Of a stretch of 64,000 nt of DNA, positions 46,022 to 57,111 are shown piece by piece. Position numbers and translations under genes: made by a program. The stretch's first letter is position 1; every line of letters starts with the position of its first letter. The stretch is from an uncultured bacterium (GTDB lineage: Bacteria; Bacillota; Clostridia; Christensenellales; UBA1242), in contig CASXBC010000001.1 in the NCBI GenBank assembly GCA_949474265.1, positions 84,216-148,215 of the forward strand, written 5' to 3'. Below the pieces are notes generated by a model, which had not been told where the DNA came from, did no database searches, and worked only from the letters and a program-made list of their open reading frames with translations.

Positions 46022-46675
46022 ATGAAAAGAGGAATGCTTATTTCGTTTGAAGGTGGAGAGGCTTGCGGAAAGACAACACAGATAAAAAAATTTTTAAGCT
46101 TTCTTCAAGAAAATCATTATGATGTTGTTGCCGCTAAAGAGCCAGGAGGAACTCCCATTGGAGAAGAGATAAGAAATCTTTTGTTGCATTCAAAAAATGA
46201 AATATCATCAAGAACAGAGATGTTGCTTTTTAATGCAAGCAGGTGTCAACTCGTTTCGGATGTCATAGTGCCAGCATTAAGGGGGGGGGAAGTTGTCATA
46301 TTAGATAGATTTTTTGACTCTACTCTTGCTTATCAAGGCTATGCCGGAAATGTAAAACTTGAAGAAATAAAACCTATTATTGACTTTGCAACGGAAGCAT
46401 CTACGATTGTGCCAGATGTAACATTCTTGTTGGATATATCTTTTGATGATGCAATGCAAAGAAAGAATGCTGATGAAGCTCTTAAAAATCTTGACAGAAT
46501 TGAAAACAAAAAGAGGCAATATCATGAGAAGGTGAGAGAGGGTTTTTTGACTCTTGCAAAAGAAAGCCCAGAAAGATTTGTTGTCATTGATGCAAGAAAA
46601 TCAATTGAAGAAATTTTTGACATTATTGCGAAAGAGTTTGAAAAGCGATACAAACAAATTCAAAATGAAAAATAA
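46022..46675 (+). CDS. tmk: thymidylate (dTMP) kinase
   Basis: ISFEGGEACGKTTQ P-loop, DRFFDSTLAYQG. Contains an in-frame G9 tract at 46281-46289. Confidence 0.9.
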   Translation: MKRGMLISFEGGEACGKTTQIKKFLSFLQENHYDVVAAKEPGGTPIGEEIRNLLLHSKNEISSRTEMLLFNASRCQLVSDVIVPALRGGEVVILDRFFDSTLAYQGYAGNVKLEEIKPIIDFATEASTIVPDVTFLLDISFDDAMQRKNADEALKNLDRIENKKRQYHEKVREGFLTLAKESPERFVVIDARKSIEEIFDIIAKEFEKRYKQIQNEK

Positions 46676-46676
46676 G

Positions 46677-46704
46677 AAAAACACGCAGTTTTGCGTGTTT
46701 TTTG
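46677..46704. terminator. rho-independent terminator
   Basis: AAAAACACGCA GTTT TGCGTGTTTTT. Confidence 0.7.
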
Positions 46705-46765
46705 ATTAAACTTATTAAAATCTCACACAGATAAATAAGAAAATAATATTTAGGAAAAAAGCGTA

Positions 46766-47161
46766 TTATGCTTTTTTCTGAAATTTTCCATCTTTTTTAT
46801 GCACAACAAAGTTGAGGTCTTGAGATTCTGAGAGTTCTTTCACTCTTGAGAGGGCTTCATCTTTTGTTGGAAATGAAGCAATGTTTCTTTTTGCACCATC
46901 TTTTTTGATAACCCAAACTCTTGCATCTTTGTCATATACCACACGATAAATTGATTTTTTTGTGGCAGTTTTGCTGGTTTGCTTTTTAGCATTCGAGCTT
47001 TTAGAAGCAGTCTTTGAAGGTGCTTTTGTATTTTTGTTTGCAACAGGTTTAGCAGAGGTTTTTGTTGGTGTACTCTTTTTTTCTGCTGGGGACTTTTCGC
47101 CCTTTTCAACTTGCTTTGTTTCTGATTTTTTCTCATTTTTCTTTTTTCCAAACAACCACAT
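46766..47161 (-). CDS. DUF2188-domain protein with a Lys/Ser/Thr-rich N-terminal tail
   Basis: AGGAG RBS. The C-terminal half YRVVYDKDARVWVIKKDGAKRNIASFPTKDEALSRVKELSESQ..VVHKKDGKF fits the DUF2188 pattern. The N-terminal roughly 70 aa is low-complexity and basic. Confidence 0.6.
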   Translation of the reverse strand: MWLFGKKKNEKKSETKQVEKGEKSPAEKKSTPTKTSAKPVANKNTKAPSKTASKSSNAKKQTSKTATKKSIYRVVYDKDARVWVIKKDGAKRNIASFPTKDEALSRVKELSESQDLNFVVHKKDGKFQKKA

Positions 47162-47277
47162 AATTTTTCTCCTAAGTTAATATTATTATTTTTATTTTAC
47201 CGCTTTACTAAAAATATTGCAACAAAAATAATCTTATAAAAATTTTATCTTTGATATAAACAATAAAAAAGAAAGAC

Positions 47278-47994
47278 TTAATCTTTCTTTCTCTTTCTGT
47301 TTTCAATCTTTTTTTGCACGGCTAGATAAAAATCATCAAATTTTTTAGCACAGGTTTGTCCAGACCTTGAAAATCTTGACAACAACCATATTGGCACCAT
47401 TATCACAAATGAAGCTAAGAAGTCAACCCAAAAATGTTGACGAGTAAACACTGTTGCAAGCACAATCAAAATGCCGATTACACAGCCAAAAATTCTGTAC
47501 CAAAGTTTAAGCTCTTTTCCATCCACACAACCAATAAATATTGCAATTGCCATGAAACAGTGTTGGGATGGGAAGCAGTTTGTTGGATTGGTTGAATTCC
47601 AAGTCCACACGACAAACTTATCTGTAAAACTCTCTGGTGTGAAATCAGGTTTAATAAATCTAGTTTGAAAGAAGAAATATATTATGCCAGAGATTGCAAA
47701 GCTTAAGCAAAGAGTTATGAAAATGTCATAGAGTCTGGTTTTGTTTTTGTATGCTAAATAAAAGAATGTAATTATGCCGACCGGAAAAGTAAAATAATAA
47801 ACATAAATAAATTCTGCAATTAATGGGATTTTGTCATCAAGAGGAGTGTTTGGCCAAGGGGTGCCATAGTGGAAATCACCTGGCTCTGAATGTGTTGTTA
47901 ATATCTGATTTCCAAGATACGAAATTGCCAAAACAAGCAAAAATATCAAAAATGGCAAAATTGCATATGAAATCTTTAAGAAAAACTTTTTCAT
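47278..47994 (-). CDS. PAP2-superfamily integral membrane protein (PAP2_3 / IPC-sphingomyelin-synthase-like)
   Basis: Polytopic protein. CFPSQHC and TRQHFWVDFLAS resemble the C2/C3 PAP2 motifs of the AUR1/SMS-like subgroup. Confidence 0.5.
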   Translation of the reverse strand: MKKFFLKISYAILPFLIFLLVLAISYLGNQILTTHSEPGDFHYGTPWPNTPLDDKIPLIAEFIYVYYFTFPVGIITFFYLAYKNKTRLYDIFITLCLSFAISGIIYFFFQTRFIKPDFTPESFTDKFVVWTWNSTNPTNCFPSQHCFMAIAIFIGCVDGKELKLWYRIFGCVIGILIVLATVFTRQHFWVDFLASFVIMVPIWLLSRFSRSGQTCAKKFDDFYLAVQKKIENRKRKKD

Positions 47995-48126
47995 GGCGGT
48001 CCTTTTTTATAGTATAAGAGTATTTTAACATAAAAATTTGTCGAATTAAAAACAAATTGTAAATGGTAATACGACATTTTCTTTGTTTATGGCTATAATA
48101 TTATGAAAACTGAAGTTTGTCAAGAC

Positions 48127-48672
48127 TTATTTTTTTGAAGGCTTGTTTAAAATCTCTGATTGATAGTATTTCAGGCTTTCTTCAATGATTTCCAAAGCTC
48201 GATTGTGGTCACCAAGTTCCTTGACTTCAACAGGTTTGTTTTCAAGCTCTTTATATACTGACAGAAAGTGCATAAGTTCTTGAAAAATGTGTGAAGGAAG
48301 CTCGGAAATGTCTTTATAGCAATTGTATTGAGGGTCACCATAAGGGATAGCAATAATTTTCTCATCCCTTTGGTCTCTATCAGTCATTATCACTACTCCA
48401 ATTGGAAAGCATCTGACAAGACAAAGTCTTTCAAGTGGTGATGAGCAAAGCACAAACACGTCAAGAGGGTCATTGTCTTTGCAATATGTAAGTGGAATAA
48501 AACCGTAGTCCATTGGATAGTGAGTGCTTGTGTACAAAACTCTATCCATGATAAGACAGCCTGTTTCTTTATCAAGTTCGTATTTTGTCTTGTCGCCTTG
48601 TTGAATTTCTATACAAGCCAAAAAGTCCTCAGGCTTTACTCTATTGCTGTTTATGTCTTTCCAAATATTCAT
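48127..48672 (-). CDS. ppa: inorganic pyrophosphatase (family I)
   Basis: IEIQQGDKTKYELDKETG, YPMDYGFIP and DNDPLDVFVL motifs. Confidence 0.9.
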   Translation of the reverse strand: MNIWKDINSNRVKPEDFLACIEIQQGDKTKYELDKETGCLIMDRVLYTSTHYPMDYGFIPLTYCKDNDPLDVFVLCSSPLERLCLVRCFPIGVVIMTDRDQRDEKIIAIPYGDPQYNCYKDISELPSHIFQELMHFLSVYKELENKPVEVKELGDHNRALEIIEESLKYYQSEILNKPSKK

Positions 48673-48801
48673 AAAAACTCCTAATTTGATTTACAAAACT
48701 AAATTCATTACACAAAATTATATCATATTATGTTGCAAAAAGCAAATTTTATTGTTTGCAGTGCTTTTCTGTGATATAATATTTTTCACAGAGGAGATTT
48801 T

Positions 48802-49965
48802 ATGAACAAGAAACAACAAACAAGATGCTTTGATGTCATTGTGCTGGGCGGAGGTGCTGCTGGCATGATGTGTGCTTGTACAATAAAGAAAAAGTCTGTT
48901 GCAGTCATTGATGCTCTGACAAAGCCAGCAAAAAAGATTATGGTCACAGGCAATGGCAGATGTAATTTGACAAACTTGAATTGCGACTCTGAGTTTTACA
49001 ATCAAAATATTGACAAATTTTTAGAGAGATTTGGCGAAAGAGAAACTTTGATGCTGTTTGCAAAGCTCGGACTTGTTACTTATGTAGATGACGAGGGGAG
49101 AGTGTATCCTATTTCAAACTCTGCAAAGAGTGTTGTTGATGTTTTGGAATATGGAGCAAGAAATGCAAGTTTCTTTTTGGGTGAAAAGATAAAAGATATT
49201 CAAAAAGATAAAGAGAGCTTTCTTGTGTCTTTTGGAGAAACAACTTTGAGAGCGAAAAACCTTGTTGTTGCAACAGGTGGAAACTGCTCTCAAATTTTGG
49301 ATATGCTGGGAGTAAAATATAAAGAATTTGTGCCAAGTCTTGTCTCTCTTCAAAGCAAGCAAACAAGAGATTTGAATGGTGTAAGAATTTCAAATGTTTT
49401 GGTTACGGTGACTAATTCTTCTGGAGAGAAAAAAAGTGAAAGAGGCGAAGTTTTGTTTAGAGAGAATGGCTTAAGTGGCATTGTTGTTTTCAATCTATCT
49501 TCGATTTTTGCAAGGGCTAATGATTTTTCTGGTAATATTTCAATTGACCTTCTTCCTGATATGGATAGAAAAGCGGTAGAAAGGCTTGTTGAGCAGAGAA
49601 AGCAATTGGATACAACTGTTGACAAAATTTTTGTTGGAATGTTTGCCAATGCTGTTTCAAACGAAATTTTTAAGCAGTCTAAAATAAACACAAACAAAAG
49701 TTGCCAAAGACTTCAAGAAAAGGAGATTTCAATCCTTGCTGACAAAATAAAAATGCTTGAGTTTGAGGTTGAGGGACATTTGGGAAACAATCAAGTTTTT
49801 AGCGGTGGTGTACCTCTTGAAAACTTGGACGAAAAGCTTATGTACAAAACTATACCAAATCTTTTTATTGTTGGAGAAGCTTGCGATGTTGACGGTGTTT
49901 GCGGAGGCTTTAATTTGCAGTGGGCATGGACAAGCGGACATATTGTTGGGGAGGCATTATGCTAA
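48802..49965 (+). CDS. FAD-dependent oxidoreductase, HI0933/BaiN-like family
   Basis: FDVIVLGGGAAGMMCA dinucleotide fold, VTGNGRCNLTN signature, C-terminal GGFNLQWAWTSG. Confidence 0.75.
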   Translation: MNKKQQTRCFDVIVLGGGAAGMMCACTIKKKSVAVIDALTKPAKKIMVTGNGRCNLTNLNCDSEFYNQNIDKFLERFGERETLMLFAKLGLVTYVDDEGRVYPISNSAKSVVDVLEYGARNASFFLGEKIKDIQKDKESFLVSFGETTLRAKNLVVATGGNCSQILDMLGVKYKEFVPSLVSLQSKQTRDLNGVRISNVLVTVTNSSGEKKSERGEVLFRENGLSGIVVFNLSSIFARANDFSGNISIDLLPDMDRKAVERLVEQRKQLDTTVDKIFVGMFANAVSNEIFKQSKINTNKSCQRLQEKEISILADKIKMLEFEVEGHLGNNQVFSGGVPLENLDEKLMYKTIPNLFIVGEACDVDGVCGGFNLQWAWTSGHIVGEALC

Positions 49966-51527
49966 AGATTGAGCAAGTTAGCCTTCCGATAAAATACACT
50001 GACAATGACATATTAAATCAGATATGTAAAGTGCTGAAAACGACGAGAGAAAATATAAAACAGTTTGAGTTTTTAAAACTCTCTGTTGATGCAAGAAAAA
50101 AGCCAAACTTAAAATATGTTGCATCACTTGCAGTTGAGTTGAGAAACGGCGAAGAGAATTTTGGAAATTTAAAGTTTGTTAAGAAGTCTTATGCTCTTAA
50201 ATACAAGAAAAAAAACACAGGAAAAAACATTGTTGTGGTTGGCTTTGGACCAAGTGGAATGTTTGCTTCGTTGGCTCTTGCTAGAATGGGGGTAAAGCCA
50301 CTTGTGATTGAGCAAGGTAAAATGGTTGATGAGAGAGCGAAAGATGTTGAAGGGTTTTGGAAAACAAGAAAGTTGAATGTCTTTTCAAATGTTCAATTTG
50401 GAGAAGGCGGAGCTGGCACCTTTAGTGATGGCAAACTCAACACAAATCTCAACAATGACTATTGCAAAAGCGTAATAGAAGAACTGCACTATTTTGGAGC
50501 ACCAAAAGAAATTACTTACAAAAACAAACCTCATATAGGAAGTGACAAGCTTAAGCAAGTAGTCAAAAATATAAGAGAAGAAATCAAACAGCTTGGAGGA
50601 AAATTTTTGTTTTCAACAAAGCTTGTTGACATCAAAATATTGGCAGGTCAGGTGAATGCTGTTGAGGTAATAAATGTTGAAACCAACCAAAAACAAATAA
50701 TAAAAGCAGACAAACTTCTGCTTTGTGTTGGGCATAGTGCTAGAGATGTCTTTTCACTTTTGAAAACAAAAGAAGTTTGCTTAAAACAAAAGCCTTTTGC
50801 AATGGGTGTCAGGATTGAGCAAAAGCAAAGTGATATAAATCTTGCTCAATATGGAAGCGAAAAAATTGATGGTCTTGGAAATGCAGATTATAAACTTGTT
50901 GAGCATTTGCCAAACGGAAGAGCAATCTTCACATTTTGTATGTGCCCAGGTGGAGAAATTGTTGCATCAAGCAGTGGAGAGGGAGAAGTTGTGACAAATG
51001 GCATGAGTCTGTTTGCAAGAGACAAAGAAAATGCAAACAGTGCAGTGCTTGTAAATATCAATCCAGAAGATTTTGATAGTGATGATGTTTTGGCTGGTGT
51101 TGAATATCAAGAGAAGTATGAAAGGTTGGCATTTAAACTAGCTGGCGAAAATTTTAATGCACCAGCAGAAAGCGTTGGAAGTTTCGTCTATGGAAAAAAT
51201 GTAAAATCTGATATAACTCCAAGCTATAGACCACAACTTACTTTTACGAAAATTGAGAAGTGTTTGCCAAATCTTGTTTCAGAAAGCTTGAAGATTGGAC
51301 TTCCTCTCTTAAACAAAAAGATGAAAGGTTTTGCAAAAGATGAAAATCTCTTGGTGGCGATTGAAAGTCGTTCTAGTTGTCCACTCACAATTGTGAGAGA
51401 TGAAAATTTTGAAAGTAATATAAAAGGACTCTATCCTGTTGGAGAAGGTGCAGGCTATGCTGGGGGCATAGTTTCAAGTGCCCAAGATGGAATAAAAGTT
51501 GCAGAAAGCATATATGAAAACCTTTAG
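49959..51527 (+). CDS. FAD-dependent dehydrogenase (COG2509-like)
   Basis: GGGGAGG RBS then ATG at 49959, overlapping the upstream stop by 7 nt. VVVGFGPSGMFASL dinucleotide motif, FTFCMCPGG, GEGAGYAGGIVSSAQDG. Confidence 0.7.
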   Translation: MLKIEQVSLPIKYTDNDILNQICKVLKTTRENIKQFEFLKLSVDARKKPNLKYVASLAVELRNGEENFGNLKFVKKSYALKYKKKNTGKNIVVVGFGPSGMFASLALARMGVKPLVIEQGKMVDERAKDVEGFWKTRKLNVFSNVQFGEGGAGTFSDGKLNTNLNNDYCKSVIEELHYFGAPKEITYKNKPHIGSDKLKQVVKNIREEIKQLGGKFLFSTKLVDIKILAGQVNAVEVINVETNQKQIIKADKLLLCVGHSARDVFSLLKTKEVCLKQKPFAMGVRIEQKQSDINLAQYGSEKIDGLGNADYKLVEHLPNGRAIFTFCMCPGGEIVASSSGEGEVVTNGMSLFARDKENANSAVLVNINPEDFDSDDVLAGVEYQEKYERLAFKLAGENFNAPAESVGSFVYGKNVKSDITPSYRPQLTFTKIEKCLPNLVSESLKIGLPLLNKKMKGFAKDENLLVAIESRSSCPLTIVRDENFESNIKGLYPVGEGAGYAGGIVSSAQDGIKVAESIYENL

Positions 51528-51592
51528 TATTTTTATTGCCAAAAGCTGAAATAAACGTTTAGGAATTAAAGCAAGAAACTGTTTTAAAGAAT

Positions 51593-51628
51593 AAAAAAAA
51601 GAATGGATTAGTTTTCCATTCTTTTTTT
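51593..51628. terminator. bidirectional terminator
   Basis: AAAAAGAATGGA TTAGTTT TCCATTCTTTTT between convergent genes. Confidence 0.75.
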
Positions 51629-51643
51629 AAATAGGATTTTTAA

Positions 51644-52135
51644 CTATTCTGCTTTATTCTTTTTAGAAACAGTTGCAAACACTACTGCTGCAAGAGCCAC
51701 AAGAGCAGAAATCAAAACCATAATCAATCCAACACCAACTGATGAAGTTGTGCCAAATTGAGATGCAATTTTGTTTGCATCAGCACAAGCCATTCCGCAG
51801 AATATGATTGCAAGAAGTGCAAAAAGAACAAAAAGTCCAGCGAGTGCACAGTTTACATAATTCATAAACTTAACTTTTACAATTCCAAGTTCGTTGAGAA
51901 GAGCAAGCACACATCCTAATGCCAATACGCAAGCAAGTACAAGCGCAATGATTGACATAATTTTTGCTGTTTGTGTGTCACCTGTTGCAGTTTTTGAATA
52001 AACATCGAATATAGATGTTGAAGCAGAGATTCCGCCAGCTCTTACTGTGATAAATGCAGTTGCATTCCAAGCAAGTGTCAAAACAGCAAAAAGTGTTGCT
52101 GCGCTATAACAAATAACGCCTTTAAGGTTTTTCAT
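51644..52135 (-). CDS. hypothetical small membrane protein (about 4 TM)
   Basis: GGAGG RBS. 163 aa with four hydrophobic stretches. No recognised family. Confidence 0.55.
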   Translation of the reverse strand: MKNLKGVICYSAATLFAVLTLAWNATAFITVRAGGISASTSIFDVYSKTATGDTQTAKIMSIIALVLACVLALGCVLALLNELGIVKVKFMNYVNCALAGLFVLFALLAIIFCGMACADANKIASQFGTTSSVGVGLIMVLISALVALAAVVFATVSKKNKAE

Positions 52136-52192
52136 CTACAAAATCCTCCTTTTGTTGAGATATATTTATTATAAAACTTTGGATGCGAGTAG

Positions 52193-53607
<1,415 letters not shown>

Positions 53608-53608
<1 letters not shown>

Positions 53609-53638
53609 AAAAATATAGCAAAAATGCTATATTTTTTT
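53608..53638. terminator. bidirectional terminator
   Basis: AAAAAATATAGCA AAAA TGCTATATTTTTT. Confidence 0.7.
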
Positions 53639-54237
53639 AAAACTTTGAAATGTATCTATATAAAATGTCTATCCATTCAGTCCTTGGGTGGAAAAGTTCT
53701 TGTTTTGCCATTTCTTTAATTTCAAATACATTTGCATATTTTACTTCGCTTACTTCTTCAGGTTGAGCGTGAAACTGCTCTAAAGGCACATCAAGATTGA
53801 AGATGAAAAAATCATAAAATTGATTTTCTATAAAGTCAGAAGAAATCTTTAATTGATTTTTAAAACTGCTCATAAATCTAAAATCACGCATGGTAATTTT
53901 TTTAGGGAGCATGTAGCCAATTTCTTCCATTGTTTCTGTCACAGCACAGCTGACACTGTCTAAGCCAAATGGAACATGCCCTGCCACAGATAAGTCCCAA
54001 AGTCCAGGATACTTTTCTTTTGTTTCGGCTCTTTTTTGGATGAGTATTTTGTTGTCGTCATTGATGATTGCAATTATTATTGCTCTATGCCACAATCCAT
54101 TTTTGTGTATTTCTTTTCTTAGGGCTGGTCTGCCTGTACCTACCCCATTTTCATTTAAAATTTCTAAAAGTTCATTGCCTTGTTCGTAAATGGGGGGGGG
54201 TAATAAAATCTATTATTGAGTTTTCACTGTTGTTCAT
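53637..54237 (-). pseudogene. NUDIX hydrolase interrupted by a +1 frameshift in a C9 (G9 on plus strand) homopolymer
   Basis: GGAGG RBS (rc 54243-54247) and ATG at 54237 give MNNSENSIIDFITPPHLRTRQ-stop. Removing one C from the run at 54192-54200 gives ...ITPPIYEQGNELLEILNENGVGTGRPALRKEIHKNGLWHRAIIIAI.... That reading joins ORF 53637-54095 in frame (Nudix region AGHVPFGLDSVSCAVTETMEEIGY). Confidence 0.8.
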
Positions 54238-54323
54238 ATATACCTCCAAAAATATTCTTTACAGTTATTTTACACGAAAGCTTTGATAATTGCAAAAGAA
54301 AAATCAAAAATTTGATTTTTAAT

Positions 54324-54356
54324 AAAAAAAGTCCAACAAATTGTTGGACTCTTTTT

Positions 54357-54358
<2 letters not shown>
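54324..54358. terminator. terminator downstream of the collagen-like gene
   Basis: AGTCCAACAA / TTGTTGGACT palindrome flanked by A and T runs. Confidence 0.7.
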
Positions 54359-55566
<1,208 letters not shown>

Positions 55567-55671
55567 TAAAACTAGTATACTGTTTGAGGTATACATTAAA
55601 TTTTATTTAATTTTTAAAATTTTTGTGACAAACAAAGCTGCAGGAGGGGTAATAAAATAAGCGAACAAGTT

Positions 55672-56145
55672 TTATTCGCTTATCAAAATATTTAAAAGTT
55701 TTGTTTCTAGGTCGTCTTTATCATAAGACTTGTCGCAGACTATCTCAAAATAGTTATATCTAAATGAAATGTAGTCTATGTAAAAAATTGAATCAAAAGA
55801 AGCTAAGTTGCTTGAGTTGCCGTTTTCATTTGAAATCAAATTGGCATTCCAAATTTTCAGTTCTTCAAACTTTAACTTTGACACTTTTTCAAAAAAACAT
55901 TCAAAGTTTTCTTCTGATAGTGAAGCACAAATGTTTATCCCAAGGCGAGATTTTGTAAATGCGTGAATCCCTTTTAAGCTGAGAAATTTTAAAAATTCAG
56001 GCTCCTTTTTTGCACAATCCAAAATTTCAACAAAGATTTTTTTCACGCCAAATAAATTGAGAACTTTTGAAAAATTTATTTTAGCAGAATTGGTTTCTAC
56101 ATTAAACAACAAACAGCCTTCAGCGTATTTCTTTTTTACTTTCAC
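55672..56145 (-). CDS. hypothetical protein
   Basis: GGAGG RBS (rc of 56150-56154). 157 aa, cytoplasmic-looking, no recognised motif. Confidence 0.5.
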   Translation of the reverse strand: MKVKKKYAEGCLLFNVETNSAKINFSKVLNLFGVKKIFVEILDCAKKEPEFLKFLSLKGIHAFTKSRLGINICASLSEENFECFFEKVSKLKFEELKIWNANLISNENGNSSNLASFDSIFYIDYISFRYNYFEIVCDKSYDKDDLETKLLNILISE

Positions 56146-56285
56146 AAAGTCCTCCTTAGATTTTCAATTGATATTATCAAACAAATCTTAAACATGACTA
56201 TTATAAAAGTAACTTAGCTTTAAGTCAAACAATAAAACATACTTTACAAAATTAAAATTTTTAATAAAAAAACCCACATAGTGAG

Positions 56286-56360
56286 TGGTGCGTCTGCCGG
56301 GACTCGAACCCAGAATAACGGTTCCGTAGACCGTCGTGATATCCATTTCACCACAAACGC
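56286..56360 (-). tRNA. tRNA-Arg (anticodon ACG)
   Basis: The reverse complement GCGTTTG...CAGACGC forms the acceptor stem. Anticodon stem-loop ACGGT-CTACGGA-ACCGT, GGTTCGAGTCC T-arm, encoded CCA. Confidence 0.9.
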
Positions 56361-56473
56361 ACAAATTGTGATTTTTAGTTTTGCTTTGTTATTATAGCAG
56401 TCTTGGTCCAAAAAGTAAAGGGATTTTTTAAATTGGTCTTGAAAAATCTCTGTGCTTGTGCTAAAGGGGGTCT

Positions 56474-57064
56474 ATGAGAATAATTAATGACAGAATGGAA
56501 TTCCTAATCAAATTTGGACAGAAAGTGATTGCGGTAGAGTTTCAAAATCAGATTTATTTTATAGTTGAAAGCGGAAGGCTTCAGGGTGGAGACAGAGAGT
56601 GTCAGAAAGATTTTTATTTTTTTAATGAAAAATCTCAAATTGGGCATCTTTATCTTTCAGAGATTATGCTTTGCAAGACTGAACGAGAAGAACAGTTGAA
56701 AAGTGGAGTGAAAAATATACCAGATGATTTTTTTGCTCTTTCAGATATTGAAATTGACAAAAAAGAATTACACGGCAAGGGGCTGGGGAGTGTGCTTCTT
56801 AATTGGGCAATGAAAGAGATGCTTGAGATATGTAAGCGTAAAGAGGCTGACATTCCGTTGCTTTTTGTTAGAATAAATAGTGAAGAGACCTTAGCCTTTT
56901 ATGAAAAGTGGGGTGCTGTTCCAAATCAAGAGAATCCTGACAATGTTGTGGGCTCATATTGTTCTATGATTATAGAAAAGCTACAAACAAAGTCTCAATA
57001 TGATGCTAAGATTGTGGCAGTATATGAAAAACCTTCAATAATAAAAGAAGATAGGTCAAAATGA
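56474..57064 (+). CDS. GNAT-family N-acetyltransferase (probable)
   Basis: LHGKGLGSVLLNWAMKEM fits the GNAT motif A (acetyl-CoA pyrophosphate loop). 196 aa. Confidence 0.5.
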   Translation: MRIINDRMEFLIKFGQKVIAVEFQNQIYFIVESGRLQGGDRECQKDFYFFNEKSQIGHLYLSEIMLCKTEREEQLKSGVKNIPDDFFALSDIEIDKKELHGKGLGSVLLNWAMKEMLEICKRKEADIPLLFVRINSEETLAFYEKWGAVPNQENPDNVVGSYCSMIIEKLQTKSQYDAKIVAVYEKPSIIKEDRSK

Positions 57065-57111
57065 CCTATCATTTTTTGTTAATTAAATTCATCAACTTTT
57101 TATATTCAAGA

